Part shown: in pieces, positions 1 to 12,402 of the stretch | Numbering within the stretch: position 1 is the first letter of the stretch | Layout of the letters: every line of letters starts with the position of its first letter | Assembly (NCBI RefSeq): GCF_021028975.2 | Contig: NC_059440.1 | Coordinates: forward strand, 19,096,001-19,160,000 | DNA length: 64,000 nt | Direction: 5' to 3' | DNA from: Sphaerodactylus townsendi | Lineage: Eukaryota | Translations under genes and position numbers: made by a program | The notes under the pieces: model-generated | Databases searched by the model: none | Seen by the model: the letters and a program-made list of their open reading frames with translations, nothing else | What the model was told of the DNA's origin: nothing

Positions 1-94
1 TTGGTGGAGTCTCTTTCCCTGTACCTTGAATCCATTGCTCCTTGTGGTTTGGAGAAGAGGGGGTCCTTTGCAGATATGTGGTATCATCCTAGTC

Positions 95-532
95 CAGGGG
101 TAGGGAACCTGCGGCTCGAGAGCCGCATGCGGCTCTTCTGCCCTTGCACTGTGGCTCCACAAGCGGGGGGCCCTGGCCCCATCCTTGCCCGCCCTGCAGG
201 CAGCAGGGCGGGCGCACCAACTGCCCACAGTTGGCTGGGCTGCGCCGCAGGCTTCCCCTCTCGCCCGCCCCGTTGTAGCGGGGTGGGTGTTTTCCCGGCG
301 GCCAGCGAGGCCGAGCCGCCAGCTTCATCCTTGCCCGCCCTGCAGGCAGCAGGGCGGGCGCATCCATGCGCTTCTCAGAATGAGCAGAGTAAGAGGTAAA
401 AAAAAAACCCCTATATATAGAGTGTTATCTTTATTTTAAATGTCAAAAATTATTTGCGGCTCCAAGTGTTTTCTTTTCCCATGGAAAACGGGTCCAAATG
501 GCTGTTTGAGTGTTAAAGGTTCCCTACCCCTG
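95..532. mobile_element. Non-autonomous hAT DNA transposon (MITE)
   Basis: 16-bp TIR CAGGGGTAGGGAACCT/AGGTTCCCTACCCCTG; perfect 8-bp TSD TCCTAGTC (87-94, 533-540); internal 36-bp direct repeat at 181 and 327. Confidence 0.92.
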
Positions 533-966
533 TCCTAGTCATTCTAGCACTCATTTCTGCCTTCCAGAGTTACCATTTCAGTCAGGTTTTTTGTTTTCAT
601 ATATATGTAAAAATCTGGTTATTCAGCAGAGGGTTCAGAGGCTATTGTGTGCGGCAAAGCCCATCTAGCCTCTGTGTGTGCTGGGAACAAAATTACTCAG
701 AGCTTTTTTCATCTGTTCAAACTAATATACTTGATTTATTACAGGAGCTCCATTTCTGGATAGGACAGAGTAAATATAGTTTCCTAATCTAGTCTACTAA
801 CTTGATTGGAGAAAAGATACAGGACTTGTGTCCTGCCCTCATGGTTGCAAGGTGGGAAAGAATGCATCTGTGCAAGTGGAGGTGAGAAAAGGAGGAAGTT
901 TCCCTGAGAAAAGCAATGTACACATCAAAGGGCTAGTGTCAGAGCAATAGAAAAAGGATGCCCAGT

Positions 967-1157
967 GTATTGTCGAAGGCTTTTACAGCCAGATTCAACT
1001 GGTTGTTGTGGGTTTTCCAGGCTGCGTGGCCGTGGTCTGGTAGATCTTGTTCCTAATGTTTCATCTGCATCTGCAGCTGGCATCTTCAGAGGTGTAGCAC
1101 AGAGAGAAGTGTGTTACGCACTGTGATATAACTCTGAAAATGCTAGCCACAGATGCA
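967..1157 (-). mobile_element. Penelope-like element terminal fragment with partial inverted copy
   Basis: Reverse complement of the same ...GAAAGCCTTCGACAATAC-ended unit seen at 8158 and 50607; degenerate hammerhead core; inverted CTCTGAAAATGCTAGCCACAGATGCA at about 1132. Confidence 0.7.
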
Positions 1158-1217
1158 TGCATTGGAGTGCACAGGCTAATCTGGTTCACCAGATAAGCCT
1201 CCACAGCTCAAGAACAC

Positions 1218-1355
1218 NNNNNNNNNNNNNNNNNNNNNNNNNNNNNNNNNNNNNNNNNNNNNNNNNNNNNNNNNNNNNNNNNNNNNNNNNNNNNNNNNNN
1301 NNNNNNNNNNNNNNNNNNNNNNNNNNNNNNNNNNNNNNNNNNNNNNNNNNNNNNN
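1218..1355. other. Assembly gap (N run)
   Basis: 138 N. Confidence 1.
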
Positions 1356-1657
1356 AGAGACAGTGCTAGCCAAGTCCTTCACTTCCAACAATTTTCTCCA
1401 GAAGAACTGACCTCTGGACAGATCAGTTCTAATTCAGGGGAAACGCCAGAGCCCACTTTGAAGTTGCTAATTAGCCTACAGTTTCAATATCTCAAAAGAG
1501 AAACCAAAGCAGCAACGGAGAGGTGGTCCGGTTGGCCTAGACACTGCAAACTGCAATGTCTGGTCCCCAAACTGCAGAAAGACTGGAAATGAGAAACCAC
1601 CAGGAATACCACCAGAAATACACCTTTTGGACACCTGCACAAGTGCTAAACTTGTGA

Positions 1658-1945
1658 CAGCGTGGTGTAGTGGTTAAGAGGAGGTGCACTCTAATCTGGA
1701 GAACTGGGTTTGATTCCCCGCTCTGCCGCTTGAGCTGTGGAGGCTTATCTGGTGAACCAGATTAGCCTGTGCACTCCAACGCATGCCAGCTGGTGACCTT
1801 GAGCTAGACACAGTTCTTTGGAGCTCTCTCAGCCCCAACCACCTCATAAGGTGTTTGTTTGGGGGGGAAGGGAAAAGTGTTTGTAAGCCCCTTGGAGTTT
1901 CCTTACAGGAGAGAAAGGGGGGATATAAATCCAAACTCTTCTTCT
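1658..1945 (+). mobile_element. tRNA-derived squamate SINE with L2-type tail (Squam3-like), subfamily A
   Basis: A box TGGTGTAGTGG, B box GGTTTGATTCC, tail ATAAATCCAAACTCTTCTTC; many copies in the window. Confidence 0.85.
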
Positions 1946-2357
1946 AAACGTCAACACTTGAAAGAAAAGTTAGATCTGAGTCCAGAAGAACCTAACAAAC
2001 CAAAATGTTTCCAGGGTATAAACTGTCAAGAGTTTCAGCTCTAAAATCAGAAAGCTGACATCAGGGGTCTGAGGAAGAAAGTTTTAACTCTCGAAAGCTG
2101 ACACCCCGAAAAGTCTGTTGGTCTCTAAAGTGCTACTGGAGTCAAATCAAGCTGTTCTACTGCAGGCCAACATGGATACCCTCAAAAACTATATAGAAAG
2201 GAAAGCTTTTCTAGTTTCCCTCCTGCAATTACTGACTTGACAGGATAAGAACTTTAAAAATAAATGGAACCTCTGTCAATAATAGCCTAGTGCTACTTGG
2301 CTCGCATCTATGAGTTCCTCAATGGTAGGCACCTTTCTACCTGCTTTGAAGAAGCAG

Positions 2358-2680
2358 CAGAAGAAGAGGAGTTTGGATTTATACCTCACCTTTCTCTCCG
2401 GTAAGGAGACTCAAAGGGATTTACAAGCTTCTTTCCCTTCCTGTCCCCACAACAGACACCTTGTGAGGTAGGTGGGGCTGAGATGGTACAGAGAAAACTG
2501 TGACTAGCCCAAGGTCACCCAGCAGGAATGTAGGAATGCGGAAACACATCTGGTTCACCAGGTAAGCCTCTGCCACTCAGGTGGAGGAGTAGGGAATCAA
2601 ACCCGGTTCTCCAGATTAGAACTCACCTGCTCTTAACCACTACACCACACTAACTCTTAACCAATACACCATGCTGGCTC
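2358..2680 (-). mobile_element. tRNA-derived SINE, subfamily B
   Basis: Same head and tail, different central segment; further copies at about 5155-5460(+), 6797-7090(-), 7824-8115(-), 18697-18988(-), 30630-30925(-). Confidence 0.85.
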
Positions 2681-3454
2681 CCACACACACACACACATTA
2701 AGTACATAAATATAATTCTGCACCACACTGTCTGGCTTGCACTGGTGTGAACAGGGATGAGTGTGGCTTCTGCCACTAATACAGGGGTCCAGACCCAATT
2801 GAAAACGAGAAGACTGCAATCAGCAACTAAGGATTCGGACCCAACAGCCTCCGAAGCGGCTTTGCGCTGTGAACTGTGTCAGCGGTCTGTCCGACGTATC
2901 GCCATTCCTGCTCCAGGCTGATAGGCAAGTGGCGACTTTTGCATGCTCAAATTTGGAAGCAACCCGTTAGACCGCTGAAGGATTTGGAGCCTATCTTCAG
3001 ATTAAAGAGGTATAACAAGCAGAGAACTGCTATCTGCCCCTTTGCGCTGAATGAAAGGAAGCAGGCGGTTTTTCCACAGCCTGTCTGCCCAGCTCCCCTG
3101 AGACCGAGAAGGTCACTGCACAATCTTTGAGAAGTTCACATCTCGCTTTTCAAGCTTGCTGACAACGAGCCTCGTTAAAGCTCGCCACCCGCTCGCCTCC
3201 ACCGCCGCCTGCCACGCATTCCTCCGGCACTCGCCAAGCCGCAAGACTTTCAAACACTCTGAAATAATATTTATTTTTTCCAGAGCTATTTTCTCTCCAG
3301 CTCAGGAACACGCTTGCACGCAGCGTGCTGTTTAAACATTACAGCACACACCACGGGAGCCCAGATGTACAGTAGTAAATGGCAACCGGGTGGTTTTCAG
3401 CCATCCATCTCTGGCGCTGCCCAGGCAGCCAAGAGGGAGATGCAGCAGAAGGGT

Positions 3455-4610
3455 GAAAAGTAAGCAACTAATGGCATGGTGGAGAAAAGTGGGAAAAGGC
3501 CACACACAGAGATATTCCACTTGGCTAAGCTGTAGGAAGGTTGAAAGATCGAGGGATGTAACTGTACCTCTCTATTCTGCATTGGTTAGACCTCACCTGG
3601 AATACTGTGTACAGTTCTGGGCACCGCAATTCAAGAAGGATATTGACAGGTTGGAACGGGTCCAGAGGAGGGCAACCAAAATGGTAAAAGGTCTGGAATC
3701 CATGCCCTATGAGGAGAGACTTAGGGAGCTGGGTGTGTTTAGTTTGGTGGGAGAAGGTTAAGAGGTGACATGATAGCCATGTTTAGATACTTGAAGGGAT
3801 GTCATGTTGGTGAGGGAGCAAGCTTGTTTTCTGCTGCTTCAGAGACTAGGACCAGGAGTAGTGGGTTCAAGGTGAAGGAAAAGAGATTCCACCTAAACAT
3901 CAGGAAAAACTTCTTGACTGTAAGGGCTGTTCGACAGTGGAATACACTACCTCAGAGTGTGGTGGATTCTCNNNNNNNNNNNNNNNNNNNNNNNNNNNNN
4001 NNNNNNNNNNNNNNNNNNNNNNNNNNNNNNNNNNNNNNNNNNNNNNNNNNNNNNNNNNNNNNNNNNNNNNNNNNNNNNNNNNNNNNNNNNNNNNNNNNNN
4101 NNNNNNNNNNNNNNNNNNNNNNNNNNNNNNNNNNNNNNNNNNNNNNNNNNNNNNNNNNNNNNNNNNNNNNNNNNNNNNNNNNNNNNNNNNNNNNNNNNNN
4201 NNNNNNNNNNNNNNNNNNNNNNNNNNNCCCCCTTTCTCTCCTGTAGGAGACTCAAAGGGGCTTACAATCTCCTTGCCCTTCCCCCCTCACAACAAACACC
4301 CTGTGAGGTAGGTGGGGCTGAGAGAGCTCCGAGAAGCTGTGACTAGCCCAAGGTCACCCAGCTGGCGTGTGTGGGAGCGTACAGGCTAATCTGAATTCCC
4401 CAGATAAGCCTCCACAGCTCAGGCAGCAGAGCTGGGAATCAAACCCAGTTCCTCCAGATTAGATACACGAGCTCTTAAGCTCCTACACCACTGCTGCTCC
4501 ATCCAAGAGAGGCTGGATGGCCATCTGTCAGGAGTGTTTTGATTATGTGCATTGCAGGGGGTTGGACTTGATGGCCCTTGGGGTCTCTTCCAACGCTATG
4601 ATTCTATGAA
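3455..4610 (+). mobile_element. CR1 LINE 3' end (ORF2 remnant [17 protein letters not shown]...), interrupted by a gap and a SINE (4228-4497)
   Basis: Diagnostic CR1 RT C-terminal peptide and ATTCTATG tail. Confidence 0.9.
3972..4227. other. Assembly gap (N run)
   Basis: 256 N. Confidence 1.
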
Positions 4611-6027
4611 AGCATCACAGAAGAAAGAGTTGCAAAGTCCAGAATAAAACAGGAATCTTGTGAACAAGGTTTTACTCTGGCATTAGCTCGTTGGTCAGAT
4701 GATAAAGCAAGTTTGGGCCCATAATAACACATGCTGGAATAAAATGTTCATCTTTAGGGTGCCACAAATTGACAGGGTTACCTCTCGGGAATTATTGCAA
4801 AATCCAGTACGATGCAGCATTTGGATCCAAGGATGGCCCCACATTTTAAAATCCCCTCCTCTCTCCAGCTCAGCATCATCCTAGATCTCTCTCCTTCCAG
4901 CATCATCCATCTTACATAAGTTATAAAGTGCTTTTTACGTCAACTCTTAAGAGGTGAAGGGGGGCTGCAGAAATATCATCCCTCCCCCTCCCCAACCAGC
5001 AGCTGTCCAACGCAGACCATCTGTTCCCATCAAAAACCCTCTTCCCTGTCATTTATAGCAACAAATGACAGGATCCAAAGAATAAAACCTAAGAAAGCAA
5101 AATAAAATTGCCAGTTACTCAAGACTCCTGAGAGAACTTCCACCTTGCGCCTCAAGAGCTAGTGTTGTGTAGTGGTTAAGAACAGGTGGATTCTAATCTG
5201 GAGAACCGGGTTTGATTCCCCACTCCTCCACCTGAGAGGCAGAGGCTTATCTGGTGAACCAAATGTGTTTCCGCACTCCTGCATTTCTGCTGGGTGATCT
5301 TGGGCTAGTCACAGTTCTTTGGACTCTCTCAGTCCCACCTACCTCACAAGGGATCTGTTGTGGGGAGAGGAAGGGAAAGGAGCTTGTCAGCCACCTTGAG
5401 TCTCCATACAGGAGAGAAAGGTGGGATATAAATCCAACCTACTACTACTACTACTATTCTCCTCTTGAAAATTCTTCTTTCCCCCATACTAGTTCTTACT
5501 GCAGAAGGAGTGTAGGAGTGGGGAAACAAATCTGGTTCACCAGATAAGAGTCAGCTGTCATGTGGAGGAGTGGGGACTTGGTTCTTCAGATTAGAGTCCA
5601 CATCTCTTAACCACTACCCCATGCTGGCTCTCAAGAAAGTTTACCCAGTCTCGGGCAAGATGTGGTAGGAACACAAGTGAAAGGGGCAGTGGGTGGGGAA
5701 TAATGCAACACAGGAGAGAAAGGGGGGATATAAATCCAAACTCTACTTCTACTTCCTTTTTCCTTCTTCTTCCTCTTCGGGGCTCTATGATGGAAATTAA
5801 CAGCTGCTGGGGGAGGGAAGAGGAGACAAGCACTGTATTTCCCTGACCGCATCATCTTAAAATTTGTCCCTCATATTCCTCCTACTACTTTATAGAGATT
5901 CTCTGGCTACCCTGTTCTGACCCAGTGGGTCAAAGCAACCACATATTGGTTGGCCCCTCAAGGGGAAACGCCACAGCACTTTAATCAACTGAGGGGAGCC
6001 CCTCCCCATAAACAAAGCAGAATTGCC

Positions 6028-6150
6028 ATAGAATAGAATAGAATAGAATAGAATAGAATAGAATAGAATAGAATCTTTATTGGCCAAGTGTGATTGGACA
6101 CACAAGGAATTTGTCTCCGGTGCATATGCTCTCAGTGTACATAAAAGAAA
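6028..6150 (-). repeat. (AATAG)n microsatellite attached to a short LINE 3' end
   Basis: About 9 AATAG units followed by TTTATTGGCCAAGTGTGATTGGACACACAAGG. Confidence 0.85.
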
Positions 6151-9100
6151 AATGCGGAAACACATTTAGTTCATTATAGAGATCTCACACTGGCCAACAG
6201 TTGCTATGGGAACCACTGGGCTGCCTCTCCATTATCAGTAGGGGCATGACAACTCAGAGCATCTCCCGCCCTGTTGTGGTTCAGTTAAAGCAATGGGGTG
6301 CAGGCCCCCAAGGGCCTACACAAGTTTTGGGGGTTTTCTTGAAGCCCTTTCAAGGGAAGGGGGCAGGCTTTGACTACCAGACCTCAAAACCCTTAACTGC
6401 ACAGCCTATCCAAACCTCACAGGTGAGAGGCTGTGTCAGGCAGGAGACAATGATTATGTAAATGTTCACCGCTAACTCTTGACCTTGGTGGGCAGGGCCA
6501 AGCTTTTGTGACGTGCCAAAAACACACACAAGACCTGCGTAACCAGAGGTTGACAGCAAGACAAAAGAAATGGATGTACATCATGGGAAGAGACAGCTCT
6601 CTCAAACCACTTTCAACTCTCAAATATTGTCATCTGTCCTTCACCTCAGAGCAAGTCCAGACAAGAATTGTCATCTGTGTTTCCCTTCCTTCCAGCCCTG
6701 AAGGCAGCTAGCAAGGGGCAGCTGGGCACAGAGTTACCACTGATGTACTCTTGTGAGAGAGAACAGAGAACCCAAGTTACCTGTGGAAAACAGCCTAGAA
6801 GAAGAGAAGAATTTGGATGTATACCCCACTTTTCTAAACCGTAAGAGGTCTCAAAGCAGCTTACAAACTCCTTCCCTTTCTCTCCCCACAACAGACATCT
6901 TGTGAGGCAGGTGGGGCTGAGAGAGTTATGAGCCAACTGTGACTAGCCCAAGGTCACCCAACAGGAATGTAGGAGCGCGGAAATGCATCTGGTTCACCAG
7001 AAAAGCCTCTGCCACTCAAGTGGAGGAGTCAGGAACCAAACCCAGTTCTCCAGATTAGAATCCACTGCTCTTAATCCTACACCACGCTCCACATCACTAT
7101 AAAGCTGTCCCCCATATTCCTACTACTACCTTATAGGGATTCTTTGGCTACTGAGTTCTGATATCATGAGCCACAGCAACCATGCTGGTGGCTACTGCGC
7201 CGTTAGTCTCATTTGTCACCTCAAAATGTGTTCCATGCTCACAGCAAACTCTAAAAAGCCAAATATTTTTGTCAATGTATAAACGTCCCCTTTGGCACCT
7301 CTTCCACAGCCTTCATTAGGAACACTAACTGCCTCGCTGTGTGATTAATAGCTTCAGCTAAGTATGCAATTTCCTTCGTAATTCAGCCAATCTGTTTTAG
7401 GAGGATTATGAAAGCGCTCCTCTGCAGCCTACATACCTGGATTCTTCTAGTCGTCTTTCTGAGTATTCCCTCTGGGGACAACACGGCCAGCAGGGCCCCA
7501 AAGTTACATCACTTTCCTGCTCCCCTCAAAGATTCTACACTTCCTTGTAACCCTCTTCCTGGATTCCTGAGGATGCGGCGCCGTTCCCCACACATGCTGC
7601 CTTCGTCATCTGCATCTCATTCCTTTAAATTCTGTCAACGTGAAGCATCGGCTGACACATGCATTGCGCTCTAATCTGCAAAGCTCTTTGTTCAGATGAT
7701 GTTACTGCCGACAGGTGGGGGGAAAGGAAAACTAGGCTCAGTTTTTTGTAAAAGCATTTCGACAGTCATTCACATTTCCTCTAAACAAACAGCAAAAAGC
7801 CGCTTTCCAAAGTGGTAACATGAAGAGAAGAAGAGTTTGGATTTATATCCCACCTTTCTCTCCTGTCAGGATACTCAAGGTGGCTTACAAGCTCCTTTCC
7901 CTTCCTCTCCCCACAACAGACACCTTGTGAGGCAGGTGGAGCTGAGAGAGTTCTGAGAGAACTGTGACTAGCTCAAGGTCACTTAGCAGAAATGGAGAAG
8001 TGCGGAAACACATCTGGTTCACCAGGTAAGCCTCTGCCACTCAGGTGGAGGAGTGGGGAATCAAACCCAGTTTCCCAGATAAGAACCCACCTGCTCTTAA
8101 CCACTACACGACGCTACGCCATGTATTTCTCTTCATGGCGCATCTTACCATGACATGTCTCTGAAGATGCCAGCCACAGATGTGTGTGAAACAGGAGGAG
8201 CAAAAACTACCAGACCACAGCCACCCAGCTGGGAAAACCCACAAGACTCGGTTAACTCTGGCACTGAAAGCCTTCAATAATACAGCTTTCAAAAATTACA
8301 GCATGGACTATAGCAAGCAAAGCTTAAATTGCACAGTTCAAGAAGGGAAAAAGTGAGGAGATGCTACTCCTGGCACTGAGAAGGCCATAAATGATAAAGC
8401 TTCTTTTTACAGAGCCAAAACCATTGACCCACCTAGCCAAGTATTGTCACCTGTGCCTGGTGGCAGTTCTCCAAATTCTCAGGCAGAAAAGGGTTTCTCT
8501 CCAGACTCCCTATCCAAGATCCTTTACCTGGGGTGTTCTCTACACAATGCAGATGCTCTGCCACCACCCAAAGTACATGCAACTACCTGACACCCAGCTG
8601 GATCTCTGGTCTGCTCATCTAAGCCTCCCTTCTTTGGACTAGTAGTGGTTTTTGGGGGGGACTCAGTCAAAGAAAGGGTCTTTCCCAACCAACTACTATC
8701 CAAAATCTTTGTACTACAGATGTTCACTTGGACTAAACTATTGATAAGACTCTGAACTGTTGTTGTATCTATCTGTCTTTTATGGACAATTGTTTTATTG
8801 TATTTTGGAATGCCAATAAAGGCTTGTCTATCTATCTACTACAGATGTTAGCTGAAATTGCAGCTGTCAGCAAAGTAGGCGTTCTCCATCATTCTCCACT
8901 GGGAGGTGGCAGGCTTAAGGGAAGACCGTAAGTAAAGCTCTTGAAGCTCTGCCTGCTTCTTGCTCTCCCCAAGTATGGTGGGCTGGGAAAGACTCTCTGG
9001 ACAGCAACTGCCTTGCTCTTGTCCCCTGAAACCATTCTTAAGAGTAGAGACCCTTCGCTCTTAAGTCAAGAAACAGGATGGTGCCAGGCAACATCACCAC

Positions 9101-9574
9101 CTGCTGGAACGCAGTGGAAGTATTAAACAAGTCTCCTACAAATAATAATACTAATAACATTAATAATGATGGTGAAAAATAGATAACGGTGCGTTCAGCA
9201 CTCAAAGTGCTTCACAGATTTTATCTTGCTGTTAAACATCTACAGTGAACTTGTACGGTCGGCCAACGTCCGTATCTCCAGGATTGGAGTTGAAGAAGAT
9301 AATGTAGCTTGTCTAAGACCGCTTGGAGAGTTCACACAGGGGCAAGATTAGAAGCAGCGCCCTGTCAATTCAGAGCTCAGTACTGGGATGGTTTACGAAC
9401 TAGATAAAACTGATATAAGGTGCAACTAACAGCAATGATGATCCATTGATCCATAGACAAGGCCAGGTCTAAGGACACCCCCAACTAAAGAGAGTTTAAG
9501 AATGGTACATCAATACCAACCAAACACTCTGCTTTGCTAACTAGCCTCACTTTCATCTTGTCTGGATTAAGCTT

Positions 9575-9910
9575 CATAAGAACATAAGAACAAGCCAGCT
9601 GGATCAGACCAGAGTCCATCTAGTCCAGCTCTCTGCTACTCGCAGTGGCCCACCAGGTGCCTTTGGGAGCTCACATGCAGGATGTGAAAGCAATGGCCTT
9701 CTGCGGCTGTTGCTCCCGATCACCTGGTCTGTTAAGGCATTTGAAATCTCAGATCAAAGAGGATCAAGATTGGTAGCCAGAAATCGACTTCTCCTCCATC
9801 AATCTGTCTAAGCCCTTTTTAAAGCTATCCAGGTTAGTCGCCATCACCACCTCCTGTGGCAGCATATTCCAAACACCAATCACATGTTGCGTGAAGAAGT
9901 GTTTCCTTTT
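9575..9910 (-). mobile_element. CR1 LINE 3' fragment (young family)
   Basis: CATAAGAA tail repeats; near-identical copy at 55453-55847 and a related one at 10590-10845(+). Confidence 0.85.
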
Positions 9911-12047
9911 TCAGTTTGTTTACCTTCAACCATTTGAACTAGTCCCCTAAGATGGCTACCATCTCCTTTCAAAACAAAGAAGGTCCAGCAAGCAGTTCTG
10001 GATTAATTCAACATTGAGGTTCTTCCTTTGCCAGTGCCTCTTCCTGTACCTGGACCAGCCTTCTCTTGCTTTCCAAAACCTAATAATGGGCTCACACTTC
10101 TCTTGCTTAAGTAGAAAACCCATAAGACTTAGCAAATCCAGCAATTTATCTCCCTTGCCCACACACACTGCCTCAAAAGGACAATGGGCATAGCTTTACT
10201 TCTATTTTGCAGAAGACGCCTAGGGGCATCAACACGTAAAGCATCAATTTTCTCCACTGCTGCACAAATAGCAAATAGAGTGGTTCTTTGTGACATTAGA
10301 GCCACTAGCAGCCAAAAAGACCCAGCAAGACCACACACACGTATCATGAAGGATGGCTAATGTAATTAATCTGGGGCTGCCAAAATATGGTGGATTAGCT
10401 CTCCAGCATAGAAAGAGCACAGTGGGACGTAAAGAGTAATTGGATAATGTGGCATTTACACGTGGCATTTATCTCCAAGGCTCTCCATGTCTCATCTATC
10501 TAGTCAAGAATCCTTTACCCAACCATGGCCTCAAAGGAAATTTGCTCAGGTTTGTAATAGGGGACATATGGGGTCAATGCCTCTCTGGATAGCTTCAAAA
10601 GGGGCTTGGACAGATCAATGGAGGAGAAGTCGATCTATGGCTGCCAATCTTGATCCTCCTTGATCTGAGATTGCAAATGCCTTAGCAGACCAGGTGCTTG
10701 GGAGCAGCAGCAGCAGCAGCAGCAGGCCATTGCTTTCACATCCTGCAAGTGAGCTCCCAAAGGCATCCACTGCGAGTAGCAGAGTGCTGGACTAGATGGA
10801 CTCTTGTCTGATCCAGCAGGCTCTTCCTTATGTTCTTGTGTTCTTAATACCACGTCCCACTTCTGAATTTCCACCACCCATTTTTTAAAGGAACATCCCC
10901 AGCCTTTTTTATGGTGGAGAGATAAGGGGAAATGTCCCTGAATTTGCTGTTGTTCTGTATAGAAATAGAAACTTATCAGGGAGAGATCAATAAGCACAGA
11001 CCTTGGAGAATAGCCACATCAGTCCTTCCAATGTATAGCTCGGTTTTGCCGTGATCCCAAGGGAACTGCACCCATATGCCCACTGTCACTTAATCAACTG
11101 AAGCCAGCAAGACATCTCCTGAGTATCCAGAGAAAATTCATCAGAACTTCAGATAGGCAATGCCCAAACATTATCATGACAGCAATTCAGGATTTTGGAG
11201 ATGTTTTGAACAAGATTCCAAAACACGGGTACAAGTCGCAAGACTTCGGCCTGAAACAGCAGATAGAACCATGCTCCGGAGCCTCATCTGTCAGGGTGAG
11301 GCTGTGCGCAGATGAGTCACAGAGTTTGGCTGTTGCTCCTACCCCAAGCTCAATAACCCAGCAATCCTCCTACAAGCTTTCTAAATTCAATCTTATTAGC
11401 AGTCAGTTATTGAAGCAGCAAGGACTCATCTCTGTCCAAATTAACAGAAAACAGATGGATCTCTCCCGGTTGTCGTCGTGAACCTCCTCAAGGCGGGAAT
11501 TCCGATCTTCTTGGCCCCCAAAGATCCTCCCTCCCCATTTCCCCTATGAAAGTTAGCGCACCAAGTTGTTTTTCCTGTTCTGTGGGGAGGGCTGCAGGTC
11601 AGAGCAGGAACAACAGCCCTTACGTAAAAAAGCTCCCAAGCGATTTAGTTTAAGTATCCAAGAAAACAGCCAGGAATCCTTCTAAGCTGCTCTTGAGGTC
11701 AAAATAAGAAAGCCAAGTTGTTGAGATTTCATTCCTTCTCCACTTGAGCACCCACCCAGGGAAGAGAACCATTTGCCCGTTAAAATAACAATCACAACCA
11801 GTTTATGGAAGAGAGAGAGAAATATCACTACCAAAGAAGGATTTTTCTCCTTTAAAAAAAACCCCGAATTGTTTGGGAAATGGCACAGAAGAGGCAGCCT
11901 TGGCCCCCTTTTTTATAGGTCTACAGCAGGAAGCACTCCCCTTCTAAGATGAAAAGGCAAGAGAACAAGAATTTAACCCTGCTGTTAACACAACAATCAA
12001 GGAACAGAAGAAAATCTTGCTGGATAAGGATTGTATTGACCACAGTT

Positions 12048-12402
12048 CATAGAATCACAGAATCAAAAAGTTGGAAGAGACCCCAAGGGCCTTCAAGTCC
12101 AACCCCCTGCCATGCAGGGACACACAATCAAAGCACTCCTGACAGATGGCCATCCAGCCTCTCTTAAAAAACCTCCAAAGGAGACTCCACCACCCTCCGA
12201 GGGAGTGCATTCCTCTGTCAAACAGCCCTTACTGTCAGGAAGTTTTTCCTGATGTTGAGGTGGAATCTCTTTTCCTTCACCTTGAACCCATGACTCCTGG
12301 TCCTAGTCTCTGGAGCAGCAGAAAACAAGCTTGCTCCCTCACCAACATGACATCCCTTCCAATATCTAAACATGGCTATCATGTCACCTCTTAACCTTCT
12401 CT
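12048..12402 (-). mobile_element. CR1 LINE 3' fragment
   Basis: [13 protein letters not shown]...RFHLNIRKNFLTVRAV; same family as the 3455 copy. Confidence 0.9.

Noticed and set aside
1658-1730. tRNA genes at SINE heads
   Set aside because: A and B boxes are present but there is no cloverleaf; part of multi-copy SINEs
7430-7700. Strong minus-strand donor CAG|GTATGT at about 7436 as an alternative PITPNM3 coding exon
   Set aside because: The phase-1 frame has a stop just upstream and there is no homology; may be non-coding but unsupported
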